In this document: piece after piece, positions 46,412 to 55,978 of the stretch
Layout of the letters: every line of letters begins with the position of its first letter
Numbering within the stretch: position 1 is the first letter of the stretch
IMG/VR virus record: IMGVR_UViG_3300040811_001959
Origin: a virus
Taxonomy: Duplodnaviria > Caudoviricetes
DNA: 64,000 nt
Direction: 5' to 3' (one strand)
Translations under genes and position numbers: made by a program
The notes under the pieces: model-generated
The model's input: the letters and a program-made list of their open reading frames with translations, nothing else
The model's database searches: none
What the model was told of the DNA's origin: nothing

Positions 46412-47793
46412 AAGTAACAAACGCCATTGTAAATATTGCAAATGATAGCAATAATGTAGGATTTTTATTTTGGAATGATTATTATATAAATAGGAAAAAG
46501 TATAAATTCCATGCAAAGTACGCAACAGAATTAATGAATTTAACAATAACTACTACTAATGCCTCGTTTGATCAAAATATAAATTTTATAACAACAAATA
46601 ATATTAATGAAGGATTGCAATTTTATAAAAAATTAAATTTTGAAGTAGTTATAGTACAAACTCCTGGTCATATTTTAAAAGGTAATTTTTTAACTGAATT
46701 ATTAAATTATACTAATACCTTAGATTGGTCTTTAATTGGACATATCTTAGATAAAGGTAATTGGTTAACACTTCATGATCAATGTTTTGTAATAAATTTA
46801 ACAAAATTTTTTGACAACGAATTAGATTTTAATATAGAAAAGCAAAATTTACTTGTTCCGTTATATGATCGAAGTTTTGATAATTTTCACGATAATTATA
46901 CTCCTAAGTTTGTAAAATTTAATAATAATTTTAGCAAAATGCAAGTAGGGTTTGCAGCAAATATTTTATCAAAGTCTTTATTAACTAATTCGTTACATAT
47001 TTTTCCTGAAAGTATAAGAAATACCAAAACCCATCTTTATCCTGAAAATGATATGCATTATGAAGATTGGAATGGCATAGGATTAACTGATGTTAAAGGT
47101 AATCAGTTATCTCAATTAACTAAAATTATTGAAAATCATGCAAATCCTAAAAGCAGGCAAATTCATTTTTTTAACAATGAAAGTTGTAACATAGATAGAA
47201 TTAAAAAGTTTACAAAAAAAGAAAAATTTGAAAACTTAATTGTTCCTGCTAGTGGATTTTATGCTAATCAATTCTTAAAACATTTTGATGTTAAAAAAAT
47301 TATATTTTTTGATATAATGCCTGACATTTTAAATATTAAAAAAGAATTAGACAAAATATGGGACGGTTCACAAGAAAAATTAGATGAAATCAGTTATAAA
47401 CACAAAGATATAATATTTGATAGTAGTAAGGAAAAAAAATTAAAGGATATGTATGTAAATGATTTATATAGTTTTACTAAATATAAAGAAGTTTTAAAAG
47501 AATATGTAGAGATTGATATTATTCAATTGCCTGAAAGATTTGTAGACATTGTTCCTAAAAATGGAGACACGTTTATATGGTTAAATTCTATTTACACTTA
47601 TTGGTATAATCTTTGGTTACATAAGCCACACAACATTGTAGAATCATATATAACATTGATGAAGTCTTTAGCTAAAAATAAAAATAAAATTTGGATAGAA
47701 GTAAAAGATCCGTTAGGAGGATATAAACTATTTGAAAAAAATGATTTTTTCCTGGATTATGCTTATAAAAGTGGTTATTCATTATGGACTTAA
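46408..47793 (+). CDS. Hypothetical protein; possible degenerate GT-A-like N-terminus plus SAM-binding Rossmann-like C-terminus
   Basis: N-half LIGHILD...LHDQCFVINL...RSFDNFHDNYTP; C-half LIVPASGF...IIFFDIMP...IDII...FIWLNSI. Confidence 0.4.
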   Translation: MKVTNAIVNIANDSNNVGFLFWNDYYINRKKYKFHAKYATELMNLTITTTNASFDQNINFITTNNINEGLQFYKKLNFEVVIVQTPGHILKGNFLTELLNYTNTLDWSLIGHILDKGNWLTLHDQCFVINLTKFFDNELDFNIEKQNLLVPLYDRSFDNFHDNYTPKFVKFNNNFSKMQVGFAANILSKSLLTNSLHIFPESIRNTKTHLYPENDMHYEDWNGIGLTDVKGNQLSQLTKIIENHANPKSRQIHFFNNESCNIDRIKKFTKKEKFENLIVPASGFYANQFLKHFDVKKIIFFDIMPDILNIKKELDKIWDGSQEKLDEISYKHKDIIFDSSKEKKLKDMYVNDLYSFTKYKEVLKEYVEIDIIQLPERFVDIVPKNGDTFIWLNSIYTYWYNLWLHKPHNIVESYITLMKSLAKNKNKIWIEVKDPLGGYKLFEKNDFFLDYAYKSGYSLWT

Positions 47794-48416
47794 AACAATT
47801 AGCAAAGCTAAGATGTGCATGGGTAAAAATGAATTATGAAGTGCCATCATCAGATATATTATTTGAATTTAAACGAATACAACATTTATTAGTAAATCAT
47901 CGCACAGATTATTCTTACGGTTGGCAAAGTTTAACTTTGCATGGGCATAATTTACATTGGACAGAAGCTATAGATAAATATCCTGGATATGAAGATCAAA
48001 TTGATTCTAATTTCGATTATCACTGGACTGAGCTAGCAAAGGAATGTCCGATTACCACAGAGTTTATTAGTTCTCTACCATATAGTAAATTACATAGGGT
48101 AAGATTTATGCTTTTACGTAAAGGTGGTTATATTAGGTTCCATAGAGATACAGACAAATTAACATTATCACCATTGAATATAAGCATAAACAATCCTAAA
48201 AATTGTTCTTTTATTGTATATGATGATATTTTAGATATTGAAAAAACTATTCCTTTTGATGATAGTACTAGTTTTCATGTAAATATTGGTTTACGACATG
48301 CGGTTTTTAATAATTCTAATGAAGACAGACTGCATATTATAGTTCATGGTAATCATATAAAAGATTTTAATTTAATATGTCAAAATTTAATTGTTAATTA
48401 TGATAAGGAAATATGA
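47784..48416 (+). CDS. Aspartyl/asparaginyl beta-hydroxylase (AspH/LpxO)-family 2OG oxygenase
   Basis: RVRFMLLRKGGYIRFHRD...LNISINNP..C.F...NIGLRHAVFNNSNEDRLHIIVH. Confidence 0.78.
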   Translation: MDLKQLAKLRCAWVKMNYEVPSSDILFEFKRIQHLLVNHRTDYSYGWQSLTLHGHNLHWTEAIDKYPGYEDQIDSNFDYHWTELAKECPITTEFISSLPYSKLHRVRFMLLRKGGYIRFHRDTDKLTLSPLNISINNPKNCSFIVYDDILDIEKTIPFDDSTSFHVNIGLRHAVFNNSNEDRLHIIVHGNHIKDFNLICQNLIVNYDKEI

Positions 48417-49582
48417 TAGATAAAGATACTTTTTGCTATGTTCCTTTTAAAGAATTATATTTTGAGGAATTGTATGGAGGAAATATAAGGAGTTGTTGCA
48501 TACAAGATATAAAAGACGAAATAGATAGTAATGATGTTTTTGAAAATGATCCAAATATATGGTTTTTAAAAGCAAACAAGCGTATAAAACAATTGCGTAC
48601 AGCTTTTGTTAAAGGCCAAAAACCAAAAGAATGTTGGAGATGTTGGAAATTAGAAGATGATAATGCAGTAAGTTATAGACAAAAATGGAATAGGCGGTAT
48701 CAGAATGAAACTAGAGCCGTCAGCTTACGAGTTATAGATATACGATTAAGCAATAAGTGCAATTTGCAGTGTAAGATGTGTGGTCCGCACTTTAGCGATC
48801 AAATAGGAAAAAATGTTTTAGAAGCAGTTAAACATACCAATTATAAAAATGAATTTCATAATAATAATTTTAGGCCTACAGATAATAAATTATTATTTAA
48901 TTTAAAAAATAGTCTTCCTCAAAATAAAACTATAGAAAAAATAAAATTAGGCGGCGGCGAACCTATGATTATGGATGAAGTTGAAGATTTTTTACAGGCT
49001 TTGGTTGAAAAAGGTAGGACAGATTTAGATATTTTTGTTTTAAGTAATTGTACAACAATTAAAACAAGTATAATAGATATATTAACAAAATTTAATAAAG
49101 TTGAAATAAGCTGTAGTATTGATGGAGTAGGTAAGTGGATAGAATACCAAAGATTTCCATGTAGTTGGAAAAGTATCGAAAGAAATTTTAAAAGGTTACA
49201 AGATGCAGGAATTACCGCAACCCTAACCCCTTGTTTTTCAATGCTAAATATTTTAGGATTAGCAGAATATATTGACTGGGTAAATTCGTTAGGCATTGTT
49301 TATACATCATTTAATGAAGTTCATTTTCCTAGTTGTTTGCATTGGTCAGTGATTCCTATAGATTTTAGGAAAGACTTAAACGATAGGTTAGAAAATATTT
49401 CTTTTAAGGTGCCTAGATCAGAACATTTATTTACAAGTATAAAGCATAGATTAAAAACTGAGCATAGGCTATTAACAGATGCCGAAAAAGATACGTTAAG
49501 GAATAAAATATTATTATGGGATTATAACAATAAAATTAAATTTAAAGATTTTGTACCTTTTTACAGAGAATTAAATTTATGA
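48413..49582 (+). CDS. Radical SAM protein with N-terminal twitch domain
   Basis: FCYVPF...RSCC...CWRCW; DIRLSNKCNLQCKMC; KLGGGEP; CSIDG. Confidence 0.88.
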   Translation: MIDKDTFCYVPFKELYFEELYGGNIRSCCIQDIKDEIDSNDVFENDPNIWFLKANKRIKQLRTAFVKGQKPKECWRCWKLEDDNAVSYRQKWNRRYQNETRAVSLRVIDIRLSNKCNLQCKMCGPHFSDQIGKNVLEAVKHTNYKNEFHNNNFRPTDNKLLFNLKNSLPQNKTIEKIKLGGGEPMIMDEVEDFLQALVEKGRTDLDIFVLSNCTTIKTSIIDILTKFNKVEISCSIDGVGKWIEYQRFPCSWKSIERNFKRLQDAGITATLTPCFSMLNILGLAEYIDWVNSLGIVYTSFNEVHFPSCLHWSVIPIDFRKDLNDRLENISFKVPRSEHLFTSIKHRLKTEHRLLTDAEKDTLRNKILLWDYNNKIKFKDFVPFYRELNL

Positions 49583-50817
49583 ATTCACAAAAAAACATTG
49601 TTTGTAGTAAGATGTGGACAGATATAAATGTTAGAATACCATATAAAAGTATTATCAATTGTTGTAAAAAAGATAACACAGTTGTATCTTTAGAAGAAAT
49701 ACAAGAAAAAGGTATAGATGTTTTTCATTTTAGGAAAGAAGAGTATGATGACAAAAAGCATTTTGTAGAAAATAATTGGTTTCCAAAAAATTGTAGAAAT
49801 TGCGAACAAAATTGGCCAAATAGTATTTGGAATAGGTGGAATAAATGGAGAGAAAAAACAACGGATGAAGTAGCAGAATTTCCTTTACTGTCATTGGAAA
49901 ATAATATGACAGAATATATTGAAATTATGTTGTCTACAGTTTGCAATCAAACATGTATGTATTGTGGAAGTCATACAAGTAGTCTCTGGGCAGAGTTAGA
50001 AGGGCTAAAACAAACTGAAGATACAGAATATTTAAACCTAGTTTTAGGAAATATTTATGAATTTGTAGATAAAAAACAAATAGATAATGTTACTTATAAT
50101 TTTTTAGGTGGTGAGCCATTTTTAGATCTACGATTTAATAGTGTACTAGATAATCTTGTTAATATACATAAAAAAAATAATACACATATTGCCAGATTGT
50201 TAATAACTACAAATTTAAATATAAAAAGAAAAATTTTACAAAATTTTTTGTCCAAGTGGAACTCGTATAATTTAGATAAAACAAAGTTAGTAATATGTCC
50301 AAGTATTGATAGGATTGGGCGTATGGGGGAAATAATTAGAGATGGTTTAAATTTTAATTTATTTGATAGCAATATAGATTTGTTATGTGATTATGCAAAA
50401 AGAAATAATAATTTTAGGATTAGTTGGTCGCCAGCAATTAATTTGTTAAGTATTTCTGGTCACTTAGAATTGCTGCGTTATATTGAAAACAAATGTTCTA
50501 ATATGAATAGCGTTCACCAATGGACTATAGGAGAAAATTTCATAAATGGTCCTTTACCTATGCATCCCGGTTTAGCACCAGAAAGTTATAAAAATTACAT
50601 GGACGAATCTATGCAATTATTAAAAAATCACGAACACTTAAAACGACATATGCACTGGTGTAAGTACATAAAAAACATGATAGGAACAAAAAGGCAATCA
50701 AGTACATTAAATGGTGCTGCAAAATGGTATAAAGAAAAAGGAAAAATTAAAAGTATAAATTATTTTTCGGTATTTCCTTTTCTAGATGAAATTTTAAATA
50801 CAAATGCAAATGAATAA
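49579..50817 (+). CDS. Radical SAM protein with N-terminal twitch domain (divergent)
   Basis: VCSKMW...NCC...CRNC; EIMLSTVCNQTCMYC; NFLGGEPF; ITTN; PSID. Confidence 0.85.
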   Translation: MNSQKNIVCSKMWTDINVRIPYKSIINCCKKDNTVVSLEEIQEKGIDVFHFRKEEYDDKKHFVENNWFPKNCRNCEQNWPNSIWNRWNKWREKTTDEVAEFPLLSLENNMTEYIEIMLSTVCNQTCMYCGSHTSSLWAELEGLKQTEDTEYLNLVLGNIYEFVDKKQIDNVTYNFLGGEPFLDLRFNSVLDNLVNIHKKNNTHIARLLITTNLNIKRKILQNFLSKWNSYNLDKTKLVICPSIDRIGRMGEIIRDGLNFNLFDSNIDLLCDYAKRNNNFRISWSPAINLLSISGHLELLRYIENKCSNMNSVHQWTIGENFINGPLPMHPGLAPESYKNYMDESMQLLKNHEHLKRHMHWCKYIKNMIGTKRQSSTLNGAAKWYKEKGKIKSINYFSVFPFLDEILNTNANE

Positions 50818-51427
50818 TAATAGATTAGTTACTTTTGGTTGTAGCATTACTAAAGGAAGTGGTTTGTCTGACGTAACAGATAACAATTCTCATTCTATGT
50901 ATGCTTGGCCTAAAATATTAGCAGATAAGTTAAAACTTGAATGTGAAAATAAAGGGCATGGAGGAGCATCTAATAAACAGATTTCGCATGATATTTTTAC
51001 CTTTAATTTCCATCTAACTGATGTTGTGATAATTTTATGGTCTCATTGTGATAGATATGTTTTTTTTAAAGATAACTATGAATATCAAACTTTTGGACCA
51101 TGGAAAATTGATAAATTAAGTCGTATTTTCTATAAAAAATTTTGGAATAGGTATGATGGTGTTTATTCAACATTAATACATATGAATGCAGTAAATAGAT
51201 ATTTAGAAAATTTAAACTTAAAATATTATAATTTTTTATTAGACCGTCTTTACATAGAGGGAACTATAAGTAATAAAAAAACTCTGCAAAATTTGTATAA
51301 TAGTTTAAATGTGCAGCCAATTGATTTTGTGCCTTATAGAAATTATGGCGAGGCTCCTGACGGTCATCCAAATGAAATATGCCATTTGAAATTTGCTGAA
51401 GCAATATTTCCGTTAATAAAAGTGTGA
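50804..51427 (+). CDS. SGNH/GDSL-fold hydrolase/acyltransferase-like protein
   Basis: LVTFGCSITKG, NKGHGGASN, PDGHPNE..H. Confidence 0.7.
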   Translation: MQMNNNRLVTFGCSITKGSGLSDVTDNNSHSMYAWPKILADKLKLECENKGHGGASNKQISHDIFTFNFHLTDVVIILWSHCDRYVFFKDNYEYQTFGPWKIDKLSRIFYKKFWNRYDGVYSTLIHMNAVNRYLENLNLKYYNFLLDRLYIEGTISNKKTLQNLYNSLNVQPIDFVPYRNYGEAPDGHPNEICHLKFAEAIFPLIKV

Positions 51428-51430
51428 ATT

Positions 51431-52552
51431 ATGAATACTAATCTACAATGGTCTAGTTATGATTTTACAAAAATACCATTTGATAATTTAGTCCAAGTTG
51501 GTCAACGAACACTATTATATAGAGATCTTTTTACAGTCTCGTGGTTATTAGGTAGATATTGTAATTATCGCTGTTCTTATTGTTGGCCATATGCAAGATC
51601 AAATACAAAAGATCACAGGCCTACAAAATTATGTCTATTAACTATAGATGAAATAAAGAAGCAGGCTAGGAATAATGGATTTAATAGTTTTCATTTTAGT
51701 TTGTCTGGCGGAGAGCCTACATTCCATCCAGGATATTTAGACATTCTAAAATATCTTGCAGATGATGTTTCTAACACAAATTATACAAGTATACATATGA
51801 CTAGTAATTGTTCTAGACCGATGGAATGGTTTAAACAGTATGTTGAATATGCAAAACCATTTCATAGGGCAAGTATTACTGCAAGTTTACATACTGAACA
51901 TGTTTGCACAAAAGAACAGATGCAAGATTTTGCAGATAAATTAATTTTATGTCAAGAAAACGATATACAAATTACAATTAATCAAGTAATGGTGCCAGAA
52001 TGGTTTGACAGAGATTGGGAAAATGCATTGTTTTTTCACGAACAAGGAATAAATGTAACACTTAAACCACAGAGCGATCCTACTGCTAGTCGTGTTGTTG
52101 ATGGGTATACAGATGAACAGCTAAAAAAATTATGGAATGGAATGCCGCAGCGTGCCTATACAGAATCTAAGCGTAAATGGCAAGATCGTCCAAAACCAGC
52201 ATACGATATCAATCCAGGAATAATGGGTAAGAATGATGCAAGTGTTCCTTGGCATATGCAAGTAGAATTTACTGATAAAGATGGAAAAAAATGGTACATG
52301 GACCAGGCAGAACGCTTTAATGCTTTTAATTTTAACAAATTTAAAGGCTGGAGTTGTAATGCAGGTTATCAAGGTATTATAATCCGTGAACCTGACGGAA
52401 GTGTGAAAAGGAGTTATAGTTGCCATGATGTTCCTTTAGGAAATATTGAAACTGGATTTAAATTATTTAAAAAACCAGAATTTTGTATAACTGACAGTTG
52501 TGTGTCAAGTGCCGACAGTAAAATACCCAAAGTAAAGATATGGAACTTGTAA
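51431..52552 (+). CDS. Radical SAM protein with C-terminal twitch-like Cys region
   Basis: WLLGRYCNYRCSYC, SLSGGEPT, MTSN; C-terminal WSCNAG...PDGSV..SYSC...C..DSCVSSAD. Confidence 0.88.
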   Translation: MNTNLQWSSYDFTKIPFDNLVQVGQRTLLYRDLFTVSWLLGRYCNYRCSYCWPYARSNTKDHRPTKLCLLTIDEIKKQARNNGFNSFHFSLSGGEPTFHPGYLDILKYLADDVSNTNYTSIHMTSNCSRPMEWFKQYVEYAKPFHRASITASLHTEHVCTKEQMQDFADKLILCQENDIQITINQVMVPEWFDRDWENALFFHEQGINVTLKPQSDPTASRVVDGYTDEQLKKLWNGMPQRAYTESKRKWQDRPKPAYDINPGIMGKNDASVPWHMQVEFTDKDGKKWYMDQAERFNAFNFNKFKGWSCNAGYQGIIIREPDGSVKRSYSCHDVPLGNIETGFKLFKKPEFCITDSCVSSADSKIPKVKIWNL

Positions 52553-53061
52553 AAGAAATTGATTTTAATGTAGATATTAAAAAATTACAGATTCTCACAT
52601 CACAATATTTGAATCACAGTTTTGTAATAAGAATGAATGGATTTTCTATACAGCATAGAAAAGCAGTTGTAGATCCTTGGAATTTTGTTGACGGACTAGA
52701 GAGTGGCAAATTATATCAAAATTTTTCAGAAAAAGAATTTTCAAAAATAAATGAAAAGTTTATTAATACAGAGTTTGAAAGGATTATTAATTATTTTTCT
52801 TTATTTAGGACAAGGATTATGATTATGTATAGAAAAACTTGTTATAGTCTACATCAAGACGCAACTTGGAGACTTCACGTACCAATTATTACTGATGATA
52901 ATTGTTTCTTTTATTTTCCAAAACATAAACAAGATTTCAGGTTAGAACAAGGCAAGGCATATCTGGTAAATACAACGGAAAAACATACATTTGTTAATAG
53001 CTCAAATGATCAACGAGTTCATTTAGTTGGATGTATAGATATTAAGGATTATTTATGTTAG
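52540..53061 (+). CDS. AspH/LpxO-family 2OG oxygenase
   Basis: RTRIM.M..K.CYSLHQD..WRLHVPIIT...C.F...YLVNTTEKHTFVN.S...RVHLV. Confidence 0.78.
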   Translation: MELVKEIDFNVDIKKLQILTSQYLNHSFVIRMNGFSIQHRKAVVDPWNFVDGLESGKLYQNFSEKEFSKINEKFINTEFERIINYFSLFRTRIMIMYRKTCYSLHQDATWRLHVPIITDDNCFFYFPKHKQDFRLEQGKAYLVNTTEKHTFVNSSNDQRVHLVGCIDIKDYLC

Positions 53062-53837
53062 ATATTTTATTTGATACAAGACGCACTGTTAGATTATTTT
53101 TAAATGACCCAGTACCAGAAGATGATGTAGACAAAATTATAGCAGCAGCAAAAAAAGCACCTAGTAAAAATTGTTTATATCCATATAATATAATGGCGCT
53201 TACTAACAGTGAGGAAGGTAAGAAAGTAAAACAACATCTTTGTCGCAATGTTTGTTTGTGTATTTGGGATATAGATAAAGATGCTCAATACCCAGCATTT
53301 GATTTTGACCGAAACTCTATAACAACTCCTAAAATAAGAATGCGGCAAGAGTTAAAGCAAATAGAAGCTCCGTTAACACTTGCGTTTGTAGGGCAATGGA
53401 TATCTGATCGAAATGAAAAAGATAATTTTTTTACTACAAAAGATCAAATGGATAAATTTACATTTGAAAATATAGTTAAAAACGGTAATATTGAATTATT
53501 AACAAGAGTAATTAGAGATTGCATGTTATCTTGTAGTTGGGCACAATTAAAAGCACAAGAATTAGGGTATGATACTGCTTTTGTAGGTATTGGTGGACAA
53601 CATGAAAATTCTGAAGTAAATAAAAACGGCGTAGTTACTCTAGGAGATGATGAAAATATCATTATACTTCTTTGTATTGGCAAAGAAGATAAAACAAGAT
53701 GGGAAGGCGTAAGATGTCAGGAAACAAAAAGAAGAGTACTTAATGAAGAAATTACGGAAATACATTTTTACGAAAAAAGAAGGCCAGGTCAAGCGAAATT
53801 TCACGGGAATCCAGAATCTAAAATAATTACAATTTAA
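53055..53837 (+). CDS. Nitroreductase-family flavoprotein
   Basis: RRTVRLF...PVP...IIAAAKKAPSKNC.YP; AQLKAQELGYDTAFVG; LLCIGK. Confidence 0.75.
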   Translation: MLDILFDTRRTVRLFLNDPVPEDDVDKIIAAAKKAPSKNCLYPYNIMALTNSEEGKKVKQHLCRNVCLCIWDIDKDAQYPAFDFDRNSITTPKIRMRQELKQIEAPLTLAFVGQWISDRNEKDNFFTTKDQMDKFTFENIVKNGNIELLTRVIRDCMLSCSWAQLKAQELGYDTAFVGIGGQHENSEVNKNGVVTLGDDENIIILLCIGKEDKTRWEGVRCQETKRRVLNEEITEIHFYEKRRPGQAKFHGNPESKIITI

Positions 53838-53848
53838 AGTAATAAACT

Positions 53849-54502
53849 ATGCATCCAAGAAATGATAGTACAAATAGATTTAATTTGTTTGAAAAATTTG
53901 CTGGAGATTATAAAAATAAAAAAATATTAGATTATGGAGGAAATAGAGGAAATTTATTATATTTTAGTCAAGGTAAAATTAGAGAAGAAAACTATACGTG
54001 CATCGATATTGAAAAAGAGGCAATAGAATCTGGAAAAATTGAATTTCCAAATGCTGATTTTATACACTATAATCTTTTTAGTCCTATGTATAATGGAGGC
54101 AATATAGATGAGCCTTTTCCTATATTAGAACAAAAATTTGACATTTGTTTTGCATATAGTGTCTTTACACATACTGATTTTTTTACTTTTCAGCAAACAA
54201 TAAAACATTTACAAAAAATTTGTGATAGATTGATAATATCCTTTGTAAATAATAATAACATTGCAATGAAGAAATGGGTACATAATAAACGGTGTAATGA
54301 ATATGGAAGTTGTATTGAATTAAATTTAAATAAAAATTATAATTATCTAATTAACAATAATAAAATTATTAAAAACCAAAAAATTTATACTTTACCCGAA
54401 CGTTATTTTTTTACATTTTATGATAATACCTTTATTCAACTAACGTTTGACTCTGATGTTTTTTTGAATAATGCAGGACAAGATTTTGTATTAATTAATT
54501 AG
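53849..54502 (+). CDS. Class I SAM-dependent methyltransferase
   Basis: ILDYGGNRG (motif I), YTCIDI, FDICFAYSVFTH. Confidence 0.8.
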   Translation: MHPRNDSTNRFNLFEKFAGDYKNKKILDYGGNRGNLLYFSQGKIREENYTCIDIEKEAIESGKIEFPNADFIHYNLFSPMYNGGNIDEPFPILEQKFDICFAYSVFTHTDFFTFQQTIKHLQKICDRLIISFVNNNNIAMKKWVHNKRCNEYGSCIELNLNKNYNYLINNNKIIKNQKIYTLPERYFFTFYDNTFIQLTFDSDVFLNNAGQDFVLIN

Positions 54503-54509
54503 ATGTAAG

Positions 54510-55310
54510 ATGAATATCGAAAAATTAAATCCTTTTGGACTATTAGTAAACGATCTAAATCTATATAAAGACTATAATTTTCTAGTAGAAAATTTAGAAA
54601 TTCTTATTTGGAAAAACGGATTTGTTTGTATAAAGAAACTAGATACGCATTGGAGTGTAATTAACAATATAGCTCATATATTAGGAAATGTTGCTGTTGC
54701 ATCACCTGTTGATCATCATGAATGTATCTTTGTAGGACAAATTACAGGACAAAAAAATGAGGACGGAACACCAAAAGGACGTATGGGTAAATCTACTGAA
54801 ATAGGTTGGCATAGTGATAATTGTGTTACCAAAACTCTTGCTCCATTTATATTGTTCCAAGGTATAGAAAATTTACATAATGGAACACAACAGTATCTAA
54901 GCAATAATATGGTTTTTGCTAGTTTAAGTGAAGCTGACAAAGATGAACTTAGACAAGCAGAAGGAAATTTTTATTTTAATCATGACGTGTTCCAAAATGA
55001 TTTAGAGGACTTAATAAAGCCGCATAGTAATTGGAAAAAAATTGTTATAGAAGACCCTTATGGAAATGAAGGTTTATTTTTTCCACATTTATTTTGTACA
55101 GGAATTAAAGGAACATCTAATAATAATTACTATTTTAATTTACTTCAAACAAAATTTAAAGAAGCAAAAATTTATGAACACAAATGGGATATTGGTGATT
55201 TGTTTATAACAGAAAGTTTATTTACTCAACACAGACGCCCGCCGACCGATAATCCTAATAGATTACTATATAGAGTTAATTGTGGTAAGGAGTATAGATG
55301 GACAAAATAA
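54510..55310 (+). CDS. TauD/TfdA-family Fe(II)/2OG dioxygenase
   Basis: LNPFG...GFVCIK, IGWHSD, FASLSE, HKWDIGDLFI..SLFTQHRR...RLLYR. Confidence 0.8.
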   Translation: MNIEKLNPFGLLVNDLNLYKDYNFLVENLEILIWKNGFVCIKKLDTHWSVINNIAHILGNVAVASPVDHHECIFVGQITGQKNEDGTPKGRMGKSTEIGWHSDNCVTKTLAPFILFQGIENLHNGTQQYLSNNMVFASLSEADKDELRQAEGNFYFNHDVFQNDLEDLIKPHSNWKKIVIEDPYGNEGLFFPHLFCTGIKGTSNNNYYFNLLQTKFKEAKIYEHKWDIGDLFITESLFTQHRRPPTDNPNRLLYRVNCGKEYRWTK

Positions 55311-55978
55311 TTACATATATGGATCTTGTTAATCTTTACATTCCTAACAAAGAAAAAGTTGCACAAGAAATATTATCTTTACCAGATGATGATTGGTACT
55401 GGATTAAATTTCATGGTGCATGGATGTGTAGTTTATATAATGCTAGGCCTGATGTTGGCTGGTTTGAACAATACAGTTTTAATCCTAATTTACCAAAAGA
55501 ATCAGCATCTGTTGTTGCTTTACGTGACTACATTTTTCCTTATATTGGTGGAGTTGGGAATGTTACGGTTATTAAAACGAAACCTGGAGAAATGTTGAAA
55601 GATCATGTGGATAGTGCGCCAGCAGAAGTTGGTGGCATGCAACATAAATTTAGATGGGTTGTTAAAGGCAAAAAAAAGAATACACTTTATTTTTTTGATG
55701 AAAATAGTAATAAACATTTCTATGCACCACAGACTGATGCATATGTTATAAACGGTTCGCATCCCCATGGTATGATTAATACAGGTAGTGATATCAAATT
55801 GACTGTTTGTATAGGATCTCCTTGGAAACCTAACAAAGAATATCATAGTAACATTGAAAGTTTATTGTATACTTGCATACCATTTCCAAAAGAAATTAAA
55901 AAAGAATGGAACGATCCTAGATTCTATAATGAAAATAAAATAGGTTTAGGTGTTACAGAGTTTAAGCAGAAGCTTTGA
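55298..55978 (+). CDS. AspH-like/DSBH Fe(II) oxygenase
   Basis: VTVIKTKPGEMLKDHVD (HxD)...KFRWVV...YVINGSHPHGMIN. Confidence 0.62.
   Translation: MDKIITYMDLVNLYIPNKEKVAQEILSLPDDDWYWIKFHGAWMCSLYNARPDVGWFEQYSFNPNLPKESASVVALRDYIFPYIGGVGNVTVIKTKPGEMLKDHVDSAPAEVGGMQHKFRWVVKGKKKNTLYFFDENSNKHFYAPQTDAYVINGSHPHGMINTGSDIKLTVCIGSPWKPNKEYHSNIESLLYTCIPFPKEIKKEWNDPRFYNENKIGLGVTEFKQKL

Noticed and set aside
35895-55978. Classical RiPP cluster (rSAM/SPASM plus lasso-cyclase-like AsnB plus SagB-like oxidase)
   Set aside because: No intergenic room for a precursor peptide, and no peptidase, transporter or clear RRE. GT, NeuA-like and SGNH genes point to glycan or lipid chemistry. The 75-aa ORF is kept as a weak candidate.
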